Shown one piece after another: positions 1 through 8,254 of a DNA stretch of 32,000 nt. Location of the stretch: NCBI RefSeq assembly GCF_003231495.1, contig NZ_PQWO01000001.1, forward strand, positions 360,001 through 392,000. The letters run 5' to 3'. Within the stretch, counting starts at the first letter, position 1. Every line of letters starts with the position of its first letter. The DNA comes from Acaryochloris thomasi RCC1774. Its GTDB lineage: Bacteria; Cyanobacteriota; Cyanobacteriia; Thermosynechococcales; Thermosynechococcaceae. The notes under the pieces are model-generated. The model made no database searches. It was not told where the DNA came from and was given only the letters and a program-made list of their open reading frames with translations. The translations under genes were made by a program, and so were the position numbers.

Positions 1-1
1 C

Positions 2-1483
2 GTACTGGCCGCCCGACATGCTCCCTCGGGTGCCTATCGATATTTAGACGTGACCTCCTTTGCTCAGACCTTCGGCTGGCAGATGCAGCCCCAGGGTAAT
101 GTGCTGCGAATCCAGGCCCCTGCCGCCCAGGCTCAGTCTGTTCGTCTTGGGCGACAGACATGGGGGCATCGCGTGGTGGTAGATCTAGATCGCCCCGCTG
201 CTTGGCGAATGACCGACCTCACCGTGAGCCGAGATGCGGTGAAGCCACGAACCTTCAGCTTGACCCTTGATGCCGCCGCGGCTTCTGCAGCGCTGCAGCG
301 CTGGAAAGGCTCTAGCACTGAAGCCTTAAGAAATCTTGAAGTTAAGCCTCAGGCAGGGCAAACCGTTATTACAGGGGAAATTGCGGGCAATATGCGGCCT
401 CAGATTTCAATGGTCCCTAACCCCAATCGGTTGGTGATTGATATTTTGGCCAGTGCTCCGCAGCCCCGCAGCATTCTCTGGGCGCCGGGTCTGCGGTGGC
501 AAGAACAATCCGTGACGCTGGGCAATCGGCAGTTTCCGGTGGTGTGGCTGGCGCTTGATGCGCAGCAGGGGCTAAAAATGCAGCCAATTTGGGGCAATCC
601 CAACGCGCTGGTGGGCATTAACCCGCTGCTCTCGATTGCTGAGCGATCGCAAGTCGCAGCAGCCATCAACGGTGGTTATTTCAATCGTAACAATCAAACC
701 ACGCTAGGGGCACTTCGGCGGGCAGGGCAGTGGATTTCTAGCCCTGTTCTCGGTCGTGGGGTCGTGGCCTGGAGCGATCAGGGGCAGTTGGCGATGGGCC
801 GTCTTGCCCTACGGGAAACGCTGGTGACGCCCAGTGGTCAACTACCGATCGTCTCCCGAGATAGCGGCTATCCACAGCGCGGCATTGCTCTCTATTCTCC
901 TGTTTGGGGGGCTAGCTATACGCCGATTTTAGAAACTGAGAAAATTATTTCAGTGGTCAACGATCGCGTCGTTGATCAGAAAGACAGTAAAAGTGCAGCT
1001 TCTTTCCCAATCCCTAGAAATGGCTACCTATTGGTGCTGCGCTCCTTTGATGCGGGCACCGCTCTAGCATCGGGCAATTCACTGTCAATTCAAACAACGG
1101 CTCTCCCAACTCAATTTAATCAGTTCCCTAATATTGTCGGGGCCGGTCCACTCCTGGTTCAGAACAGCCAGATCGTTTTGAATGCCGCCACCGAGCAGTT
1201 CCGTCCGCCCTTTGATACCCAGTCCGCCCCCCGCAGCGCGATCGCTCAGCAGGCCGACGGTACGATTCTGCTGGCGGCGGCCCACAACCGCATCAATGGC
1301 CCCGGCCCCAACCTCAGGGAATGGGCTGAGATTTTGCGAAAGATGGGGGCAACGCAGGCTCTCAACCTTGACGGTGGCAGTTCCACGGCCCTCTATTTAG
1401 GTGGGCAGCTTTTAGATCGTCATCCAGGGACCGCTGCCCGCGTTCAGAATGCCATCGGCGTGTCGCTTTCTCAGTCGCCGTAG
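2..1483 (+). CDS. Phosphodiester glycosidase family protein (NAGPA/DUF2233-like); 5' end possibly outside window
   Basis: ORF track 50..1483 starts at GTG, but the frame has no stop back to nt 2, so the gene may begin upstream. Motifs AAINGGYFNRNN, PRSAIAQQADGTILL and ALNLDGGSSTALY match the phosphodiester glycosidase family as I remember it. Confidence 0.75.
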   Translation, partial: VLAARHAPSGAYRYLDVTSFAQTFGWQMQPQGNVLRIQAPAAQAQSVRLGRQTWGHRVVVDLDRPAAWRMTDLTVSRDAVKPRTFSLTLDAAAASAALQRWKGSSTEALRNLEVKPQAGQTVITGEIAGNMRPQISMVPNPNRLVIDILASAPQPRSILWAPGLRWQEQSVTLGNRQFPVVWLALDAQQGLKMQPIWGNPNALVGINPLLSIAERSQVAAAINGGYFNRNNQTTLGALRRAGQWISSPVLGRGVVAWSDQGQLAMGRLALRETLVTPSGQLPIVSRDSGYPQRGIALYSPVWGASYTPILETEKIISVVNDRVVDQKDSKSAASFPIPRNGYLLVLRSFDAGTALASGNSLSIQTTALPTQFNQFPNIVGAGPLLVQNSQIVLNAATEQFRPPFDTQSAPRSAIAQQADGTILLAAAHNRINGPGPNLREWAEILRKMGATQALNLDGGSSTALYLGGQLLDRHPGTAARVQNAIGVSLSQSP

Positions 1484-1675
1484 CTTAGATTACTTCCTGT
1501 TCCTGCGTAAAGGTGTTAAATCCTAAAGATATGAACTGTAGAGACCTTAATGTAGATGATTTCAGATCGGCTGAGTATACTTGGGATAGCAGTAGATGCG
1601 ATCTGAGGGGTAGATTCAGCATCTGCTTCAAATCAAAGCTTTTTCATCCATTTGCACGTAATCTGAGGAATTGTT

Positions 1676-2083
1676 GTGACTCAAGCTACTCAATCTAAGA
1701 ATTTAGCGCTAACTGTCCCTGATCACAATGGTCTTGCGGCTACCGAGCTGCGGCCCTGGGGATCTTTCACCATCTTAGAAGAAGGGCACGGCTATAAGAT
1801 TAAGCGCATTGAGGTCAAGCCTGGGCATCGCCTCAGCTTACAAATGCACCACCACCGCAGCGAACACTGGATCGTGATTGCGGGCATTGCCAAGGTGCAG
1901 CGCAACGAAGAAGAGACAATGCTCAGTACAAATGAATCAACCTACGTGCCTCGATTTACATCTCACCGCCTTGAGAACCCAGGCATGGTTCCATTGGTCT
2001 TAATTGAGGTTCAAAACGGAGAGTATTTAGGAGAGGATGATATTGTGCGCTTTGATGATGATTATGCGCGTGAAAACAATTAA
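1676..2083 (+). CDS. Mannose-6-phosphate isomerase type II C-terminal cupin domain protein
   Basis: 135-aa ORF with a GTG start preceded by GAGGAA 5 nt upstream. RPWGSFTILEEGHGYKIKRIEVKPGHRLSLQMHHHRSEHW is the classic cupin core of type II PMI / GDP-mannose pyrophosphorylase C-termini. Confidence 0.8.
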   Translation: MTQATQSKNLALTVPDHNGLAATELRPWGSFTILEEGHGYKIKRIEVKPGHRLSLQMHHHRSEHWIVIAGIAKVQRNEEETMLSTNESTYVPRFTSHRLENPGMVPLVLIEVQNGEYLGEDDIVRFDDDYARENN

Positions 2084-2098
2084 TCCCTAGATTCTTAT

Positions 2099-2425
2099 AT
2101 GGTGCAGCTGAGTGCTACCGCCCTTGATGAAGTGACGCGGCTGAAGTCGAAGCCAATCTATAGCGACACCAACGTTTTAAGAATCGCTGTTCATGAAAGC
2201 GGCTGTTCTGGTTGGTCTTACCAGATGTCCTTTGAGGCTTCGGCTCAGCCTGTCGATCAGATATTTGACTGTGGCCCGATTCAAGTGGCCGTCGATCCGA
2301 AAAGTTGGCCCTACTTGAACGGTCTAACGCTGGATTACACAGAAGATCTGATGGGCGGTAGCTTCCGGTTCGATAATCCCAATGCACGTCAAACCTGTAG
2401 CTGCGGCCATTCCTTTGGCCTCTGA
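2099..2425 (+). CDS. A-type iron-sulfur cluster carrier (IscA/HesB/ErpA family)
   Basis: 108 aa. It has the three family cysteines in the characteristic positions (ESGCSGWSY and C-terminal CSCGHSF). Confidence 0.85.
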   Translation: MVQLSATALDEVTRLKSKPIYSDTNVLRIAVHESGCSGWSYQMSFEASAQPVDQIFDCGPIQVAVDPKSWPYLNGLTLDYTEDLMGGSFRFDNPNARQTCSCGHSFGL

Positions 2426-2588
2426 ACTATAGTGCTGCACTTGCTTGTAAGGACAGCACTTTAAAATTTCACTATCACGCGTGGAGCACAGGAAACCGCC
2501 AACGCCTTTCCAACTTGTTGGTTGATGCAGGACAATTTGTGAGCCTGATTAAAACTGCGCTATCAATATGGTAGATCTGACAGAGTGA

Positions 2589-3899
2589 TTGTCTGCTTCC
2601 ACAACACTGGTTTCTATGCATCCTTCGCTAGCTCTCCCCTCGACCGATCTTAGAGATGAGATTAGGCAAAGATATCAGCAGGCTAGAGCCAATACTCTTT
2701 CTCTTTTTGAAAACCTAGATTCAACGTTCTTCTATCGACAGGCCCACCCAGACTTTAGCCCCATGGGCTGGCACTTGGGGCACATTGGCTTCACGGAGGG
2801 GCTATGGCTGCTAGAGCAAGGGGCTGGGCAAAAGCCGCTGTTCCCTGACTATCGCCAGCTTTTTGCTGCGGATGGCCTTCCAAAGGCACAGCGAGAGCAA
2901 CTTCCCTCCTTTACAGAGGTTTGTGATTATCTCGCGGATATTCGTCGTCAAATTTTTGAATATCTAGCCCATGCGCCACTAGAGGAGCAGAGTTGGCTGT
3001 GGCTGTGGCTGATTCAGCATGAAAGTCAGCACTGCGAGACGATTACCTGGGTATTCCATCTGCATCAGCGACAGGCATCTCGTCAGACTTATATCGCGAT
3101 TCAGCCTACGCCTCTACAGGAGCCGAAAATACGTGGGAAGTTCTCTGCACCGGTCTCGTTCGCTGAGACGATCCGCATTGAGGGTGGCTTATTTCGCTGT
3201 GGTAATGACGGCATTGAAGCGCTAGATAATGAAAAGCCTGAGCATTTGGTTTCTTTAGAGACGTACTGGATCGATCCAACCCCTGTCACCTGTGGTGACT
3301 ATGCCCGGTTCATAGATGCAGGCGGTTACACCGAGCGACAGTGGTGGTCTGCGGCAGGCTGGGCATGGCTACAGGACAATCCTGTGACACACCCCCGCTA
3401 CTGGAACTTGGCCGGGATGGAGAATCATCCTGTCTGCGGCGTGAGTTGGTTTGAGGCTGACGCCTACGCTCGGTTTGTGGGCAAACGCCTACCCACAGAA
3501 GCAGAGTGGGAGAAGGCCGCAAGCTGGCATCCGGAACTGGCTGCTCGTCAGGCCTATCCTTGGGGAGCAGAGGATCCGAATCACCAACGCTGTAATTTTG
3601 GGGGTCGGCAAGGCCAGACAACGCCGGTTACCCAATATCCTCAGGGGCGAAGTGCCTACGGCTGTTACGATATGCTCGGCAATGTGTGGGAATGGACGGA
3701 TACTTGGTTTCATCCCTATGAGGGCTATGTAAGTTTCCCCTATGAGGGCTATTCGAAGGCTTATTTTGACAATCAGCATCGGGTGCTCAAGGGTGGAAGC
3801 TGGGCGGTTCAGGCTCCAGTTTTGCGGTGTGCGTTTCGCAACTGGTACTATCCTGCGACCCGTGAGCATTTTGCTGGGTTTCGGTGCGCCTATTCGTAG
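2589..3899 (+). CDS. egtB: Ergothioneine biosynthesis sulfoxide synthase EgtB (DinB-like N-domain + FGE-sulfatase C-domain)
   Basis: 436 aa. The N-terminal DinB-type region contains WHLGHIGFTE and HESQHCE. The C-terminal formylglycine-generating-enzyme fold contains HPVCGVSWFEADAYARF, GNVWEWT, RVLKGGSWA and FRCA. It lies next to egtD. The ORF-track start is TTG at 2589; an alternative ATG is at 2616. Confidence 0.85.
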   Translation: MSASTTLVSMHPSLALPSTDLRDEIRQRYQQARANTLSLFENLDSTFFYRQAHPDFSPMGWHLGHIGFTEGLWLLEQGAGQKPLFPDYRQLFAADGLPKAQREQLPSFTEVCDYLADIRRQIFEYLAHAPLEEQSWLWLWLIQHESQHCETITWVFHLHQRQASRQTYIAIQPTPLQEPKIRGKFSAPVSFAETIRIEGGLFRCGNDGIEALDNEKPEHLVSLETYWIDPTPVTCGDYARFIDAGGYTERQWWSAAGWAWLQDNPVTHPRYWNLAGMENHPVCGVSWFEADAYARFVGKRLPTEAEWEKAASWHPELAARQAYPWGAEDPNHQRCNFGGRQGQTTPVTQYPQGRSAYGCYDMLGNVWEWTDTWFHPYEGYVSFPYEGYSKAYFDNQHRVLKGGSWAVQAPVLRCAFRNWYYPATREHFAGFRCAYS

Positions 3900-3980
3900 G
3901 CATACTTGAGGTCAGGAATAGACGCATGGAACTGGGGCACTTGCTCGGCCAGCATGGGGGAAGTCGATAGCCTTGAAATA

Positions 3981-4004
3981 TGTGAGTTGCGATCGCAACT
4001 CACA
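3981..4004. repeat. Perfect 24-bp palindrome centred on a HIP1 site (TGTGAGTTGCGATCGCAACTCACA), extendable to ~34 bp with one mismatch
   Basis: Read directly from the sequence. The reverse complement of 3981..4004 equals itself. The flanks AAATA / CATTT add 4 of 5 further pairs. It lies ~80 nt after the egtB stop, in the egtB-egtD spacer. Confidence 0.9.
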
Positions 4005-4273
4005 CATTTATTCGGAGGTCTCAATCTTTTCAGTGGTGGCATCCAGCACCAGACTTCTAGAATGAGCCAGAAGCGTTTTGGCAATTATGATGATCTAGAG
4101 CCGACCGGGTCATCCCTTCTTCGACAGACCGTCATACCGCTAAGGAGGACAAAATATTTGCAGCGAGCCTTCTCAATCAAGAGGCACAATCGTTTAAAGT
4201 GTTTGAGGTTCGTCCTCGTCAACCTCAATTCCCCGTCGCTGAGGTTTCCCTTAAGTACTCTGGAGCACAGTTC

Positions 4274-5356
4274 ATGTCAACGCCTCAGCCGGCCTCAGGC
4301 AGCCAGCTTACTTCATCCACGGCACCCATCCCAGATTTTGACTCCCGCCTCTCTCTACAACAGTTGAAGTCCATTAACCCCACCGATGTCGCTGATGGTG
4401 CTGATGTCCTCACTGGGTTGGCGCAACAGACAACCAAAACCCTACCACCGAAGTACTTCTATGATGATCGCGGCTCTGCACTGTTTGAGCAGATTTGTGC
4501 CCTACCCGAGTACTACGTCACCCGAACAGAAACTCATATTTTGCAGAAGGCAGCCACCCAAATTTCAGAGATTACCGGTCCCTGTGAGCTAGTAGAGCTG
4601 GGGAGCGGCAGCTCTACCAAGACTCGGATTTTGTTAGATGCCTATCGCAATCTGAGCAGCCCCAATGATGCACCTAACACGTTATCTTACCTACCCATTG
4701 ACGTCAGCGGCGGCATCCTTAAAGAAAGCGCGATTGACCTGCTCAAGCAGTACCCCTCTCTACAAGTTCGGGGGCTAATTGGAACCTATGAGCAAGGACT
4801 CCAGAACCTTCCGCCCGCCATTACCCCCCATCGCCTAATCTGTTTTTTGGGCAGCACCTTAGGCAACCTCAGCCCAGCAGAGTGTCAGCAATTCTTTGAT
4901 CAGGTCCGGGGCGCTCTGCAGCCTGGAGACTATTTCTTGCTCGGGATCGACCTGCAGAAATCAGCCAAAGTGCTAGAAGCAGCCTATAACGACAGTCAAG
5001 GCATTACAGCAGCCTTCAATCTCAATATGCTGCGACACCTGAACTGGCGTTTCCAGGCCAATTTCGATCTGGACCAGTTCCAACACTATGCGTTCTATAA
5101 CGAGCAGCAGCAGCAAATTGAAATGCATTTGCGCAGTCTGCGGGACCAAACAGTGGAGTTAGCGGCCCTCGATTTTTCTGTCTCTTTGATGGCAGGGGAA
5201 ACTATCCGCACAGAAATTTCTCGTAAGTTCGATCTAGCACAATTGCCAAATCTTCTGGAACCCAAGCCTGGGGCTAAATGGCTTAAATCGGTACAAACTT
5301 GGACAGATTCTCAGGGATGGTTTGGTCTAGCTTTGTGTCAAGCTGCCCTAGAATAG
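4274..5356 (+). CDS. egtD: L-histidine N-alpha-methyltransferase EgtD
   Basis: Motifs LPPKYFYDDRGSALFEQICALPEYYVTRTE and ELGSGSSTKTRILLDA are hallmark EgtD/methyltransf_33 motifs. The ORF track begins at GTG 4199. I prefer the in-frame ATG at 4274 (MSTPQ...) because the first 25 codons look non-homologous. Confidence 0.85.
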   Translation: MSTPQPASGSQLTSSTAPIPDFDSRLSLQQLKSINPTDVADGADVLTGLAQQTTKTLPPKYFYDDRGSALFEQICALPEYYVTRTETHILQKAATQISEITGPCELVELGSGSSTKTRILLDAYRNLSSPNDAPNTLSYLPIDVSGGILKESAIDLLKQYPSLQVRGLIGTYEQGLQNLPPAITPHRLICFLGSTLGNLSPAECQQFFDQVRGALQPGDYFLLGIDLQKSAKVLEAAYNDSQGITAAFNLNMLRHLNWRFQANFDLDQFQHYAFYNEQQQQIEMHLRSLRDQTVELAALDFSVSLMAGETIRTEISRKFDLAQLPNLLEPKPGAKWLKSVQTWTDSQGWFGLALCQAALE

Positions 5357-5372
5357 GCTCATCATCTTTTCG

Positions 5373-5975
5373 ATGTTGTTGTCTCATCCCCCCGATAGAG
5401 TCATGGCAGTCCGTAAGTCATCCAAAAAACTACCGGTCTATCAGCTCAGAATAACGCTGCAGGGCCTTGAACCTTTAATCTGGCGAAAGATTCAGGTTAC
5501 CAGTGATACGACACTGGCTCAGCTCCACAGTATTATCCAAGCCGTTATGGGATGGGATGGCGCTCATCTCCACGCGTTTGAAGTGGCGGGGACTTCCTAT
5601 GGACAGACGGAGCTAGATAAATTAGATGATTTGGAAAGCGATCAAATTGAGCTACGTCAGGTTATTTCAGGTTCAACGCTGAAGTTTACCTATACCTATG
5701 ATTTTGGAGATGACTGGCAACACGAAATCTTAGTGGAGAAGGTGCTTTCCTACGATGCCGAGGCACCCTACCCACTCTGCGTAGAAGGGCAGCGAGCCTG
5801 TCCACCGGAGGACTGCGGTGGCACTTGGGGCTATACGGAACTCCTTGAAGTCCTGAAAGATCCGCAAAACCCTGAATATGAAGATCGGCTGGAGTGGGCA
5901 GGTCCCATCGATCCTGAAGCGTTTGATCTAGAAACGGTGAATAAAGAACTCAATACCCTCGATGTTCCTGGGTAA
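5373..5975 (+). CDS. pRiA4b ORF-3-like family protein (PF07929-like)
   Basis: YQLRITLQGLEPLIWRKIQV, MGWDGAHLHAFEV and YTYDFGDDWQHEILVEKV match the plasmid pRiA4b ORF-3 fold family. An alternative ATG start is at 5403. Confidence 0.75.
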   Translation: MLLSHPPDRVMAVRKSSKKLPVYQLRITLQGLEPLIWRKIQVTSDTTLAQLHSIIQAVMGWDGAHLHAFEVAGTSYGQTELDKLDDLESDQIELRQVISGSTLKFTYTYDFGDDWQHEILVEKVLSYDAEAPYPLCVEGQRACPPEDCGGTWGYTELLEVLKDPQNPEYEDRLEWAGPIDPEAFDLETVNKELNTLDVPG

Positions 5976-6121
5976 AATGCCTAGACGTCAGAGCGCTAGC
6001 CTTGCCCCATCTATCTAGATTCGGTTATGAACACCTTATGGGATGAGCTTGGGCAAGATACAATAAAAAATCCGCGAATAAATTTACAAATCTCAATGGG
6101 CTTGCAGGAGAAGCGCACTTC

Positions 6122-8131
6122 ATGGGGAAAATTGTCGGCATTGACCTAGGCACCACCAATTCAGTGGTCGCAGTGATGGAAGGGGGCAAGCCGGTGGTGA
6201 TTGCCAACGTAGAGGGCAGCCGCACCACTCCCTCGATGGTTGCCTTTGGCAAAGACAGTGAGCGATTAATCGGCGAGTTTGCACGGCGGCAGGCCGTCTT
6301 GAACCCTCAAAATACGTTTTTCTCCATCAAGCGCTATGTGGGACGCAAGTATAGCGAACTAACGCCAGAGTCAAAGCGGGTGCCCTATACGATTCGTCGC
6401 GGCCAAGACGATAACGTCCGAATCAAATGTCCTCGCCTAGAAGATCGAGAGTTCGCGCCGGAAGAGATCTCGGCCATGATTTTGCGCAAGCTGGCAGAAG
6501 AAGCCAGCCGCTACCTCGGCGAAACGGTTACAGGAGCAGTGCTGACCGTACCGGCCTACTTCAACGACGCCCAACGACAGGCCACTCGAGATGCGGGACG
6601 GATTGCTGGTTTAGAGATCAAGCGCGTTTTAAATGAGCCAACCGCAGCTTCCCTAGCCTATGGTCTAGAAAATCGAGGCCCGCAGATGGTAATGGTCTTT
6701 GACCTCGGTGGCGGCACCTTTGACGTTTCCATTCTCAAAATTGGCAATGGCGTCTTTGAAGTCCAGGCGACTAGCGGTGATACCCAGTTGGGCGGTAATG
6801 ACTTCGACAGCGTGATTGTAGACTGGCTCGCCGATCGCTTTTTCGACGATGAAAAGATCGATCTAAGGCGCGACCGCCAATCATTGCAGCGTCTCAACGA
6901 AGCCGCAGAAAAGGCCAAAATTGAGCTATCAGGGCTGCCGGATACGAATATTAGCTTGCCCTTCATCACGGCTACTGAAGACGGTCCTAAGCATTTAGAC
7001 GCCAATCTCAGTCGCGGTGAGTTTGAGAGCCTGTGTCAGTCTTTGGTCAATCGCCTGCGCGGCCCCGTGGAGCAGGCGATGCGCGATGCCGGACTGCGAT
7101 CCTACGACATTGATGAAGTGGTCTTGGTGGGTGGCTCCACGCGGATCCCTTTAGTTCAGAGAGTTGTTCGACAGCTCATTGATAAAGAACCGAACCAAAA
7201 CGTTAACCCTGATGAAGTGGTGGCTGTGGGTGCGGCAGTCCAGGCCGGTATCTCGGCGGGAGAAGTGACGGATTTACTGCTCTTAGACGTGACGCCGTTG
7301 ACTGTGGGCCTAGAAACGATTGGCGGTGTGATGAAGCCCGTAATCCCCCGCAATACGACGATTCCGGTACGCCGCTCTGATATTTTTTCAACTTCAGACA
7401 GCAATCAAAGTCAGGTAGAAGTGCATGTGCTGCAGGGCGAGCGGCAGTTGGCGGAGCACAATAAATCTCTGGGGCGTTTTCAGCTTCGAGGTATTCCGCC
7501 CGCACCGCGTGGGGTGCCCCAGATTCAAGTGGCCTTCGATGTCGATGCCAACGGCATTTTACAGGTGACGGCGGTTGACAAGTACACCGGACGCGAGCAG
7601 AGCATCACCGTTCAGGGAGCAGCTAGCATCTCTGAAGCTGAAGTGAACAAGATGATTCGGGATGCGGAGCAGTTTGCCGATACCGATCGCAATCGTCGCC
7701 AGCGCATCGATAAGCGCAATCAGGCCCAGGATTTGATTACAAAGTGCGATCGCAGATTACGGGAGGTTACCTTAGACTACGGTCCGCAGTTTGCCCGCGA
7801 TCTGCGGCAAGAGATTGAACAGCTCACCCGAGACCTGCGAGATAGTGTCGCCCGCGATGATGATCGTCAGATTGATCTCGACTTTGCTAACCTACAGGAT
7901 GCTCTCTACGACCTCAACCGAGAAGTCGCAGCGGCGAGAGATGAGTTTTATGATGACGATGATTTTCTAGAGCTACCCTCCCTCAACTCAATTAAAGATA
8001 CGGTGTCAAAGGGTATCTCAAAGGGAGTTGAAGCGGTCACAGGTCGATCTTCCAATACCACGACAACCCGTCGCCCAGCCACCCGCTATGATGACAACAC
8101 GTTTGATGACTGGGATGACGATGACTGGTAG
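6122..8131 (+). CDS. dnaK: Hsp70 chaperone DnaK, DnaK3-type paralog with extended acidic C-terminus
   Basis: 669 aa. Canonical Hsp70 motifs are present: GIDLGTTNS, DLGGGTFDVS, VLVGGSTRIP and NPDEVVAVGAAVQ. The long C-terminal extension ends in DDNTFDDWDDDDW. A J-protein gene follows 120 nt downstream. Confidence 0.9.
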   Translation: MGKIVGIDLGTTNSVVAVMEGGKPVVIANVEGSRTTPSMVAFGKDSERLIGEFARRQAVLNPQNTFFSIKRYVGRKYSELTPESKRVPYTIRRGQDDNVRIKCPRLEDREFAPEEISAMILRKLAEEASRYLGETVTGAVLTVPAYFNDAQRQATRDAGRIAGLEIKRVLNEPTAASLAYGLENRGPQMVMVFDLGGGTFDVSILKIGNGVFEVQATSGDTQLGGNDFDSVIVDWLADRFFDDEKIDLRRDRQSLQRLNEAAEKAKIELSGLPDTNISLPFITATEDGPKHLDANLSRGEFESLCQSLVNRLRGPVEQAMRDAGLRSYDIDEVVLVGGSTRIPLVQRVVRQLIDKEPNQNVNPDEVVAVGAAVQAGISAGEVTDLLLLDVTPLTVGLETIGGVMKPVIPRNTTIPVRRSDIFSTSDSNQSQVEVHVLQGERQLAEHNKSLGRFQLRGIPPAPRGVPQIQVAFDVDANGILQVTAVDKYTGREQSITVQGAASISEAEVNKMIRDAEQFADTDRNRRQRIDKRNQAQDLITKCDRRLREVTLDYGPQFARDLRQEIEQLTRDLRDSVARDDDRQIDLDFANLQDALYDLNREVAAARDEFYDDDDFLELPSLNSIKDTVSKGISKGVEAVTGRSSNTTTTRRPATRYDDNTFDDWDDDDW

Positions 8132-8254
8132 GGATGTTTAATTTTTGGCTGCTGTGGCGGCATGATAAGGGAGTGACTTACATCAGTGCCTTAGCCAAGT
8201 CTGTTTCGCGGGGCTAAGCCCAGGGTGTTCATTCATCGTTTGAACTAAAATTTG

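Noticed and set aside
133-669. Minus-strand ORFs 133-318 and 400-669 inside the phosphodiester glycosidase gene. The same applies to similar antisense or out-of-frame ORFs inside other large genes, e.g. 2115-2387, 3310-3869, 6658-7505, 9534-9746, 11022-11210, 12260-12487, 17062-17805, 19707-20030, 20434-21140, 21793-22211, 25160-25342, 25886-26110, 26205-26955, 28044-28463, 30795-31040 and 31477-31776.
   Set aside because: They lie wholly within genes that have strong family motifs on the other strand or frame. Their translations are Arg/Ser/Pro-rich and low-complexity, as is typical of shadow ORFs in GC-rich coding DNA.
1513-1698. 61-aa ORF upstream of the cupin gene.
   Set aside because: No RBS, Cys/Arg-rich odd composition, and it overlaps the start of the well-supported cupin gene. 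It is more likely 5' leader sequence.
2431-2469. Hairpin AGTGCTG-N16-CAGCACT followed by TTAAAATTT after the Fe-S carrier gene, as a terminator.
   Set aside because: It has only a 7-bp stem, a large 16-nt loop and an interrupted U-tract. This is too weak to report as a feature.
4005-4090. Possible PIN-domain (VapC-like) remnant on the minus strand (IIIIAKTLLAHSRSLVLDATTEKIETSE).
   Set aside because: Only ~28 codons are open, bounded by stops on both sides. No upstream PIN motifs appear in any frame. The resemblance is too short to call.
3906-4367. 153-aa plus-strand ORF spanning the egtB-egtD spacer, and the 64-aa minus-strand ORF 3890-4084.
   Set aside because: No RBS and no recognisable domain. 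The plus ORF runs into the egtD coding region in another frame, and the minus ORF overlaps the egtB stop. I treat this region as non-coding spacer.
5976-6121. CIRCE/HrcA operator upstream of dnaK.
   Set aside because: No TTAGCACTC-N9-GAGTGCTAA-like inverted repeat is present in the region.
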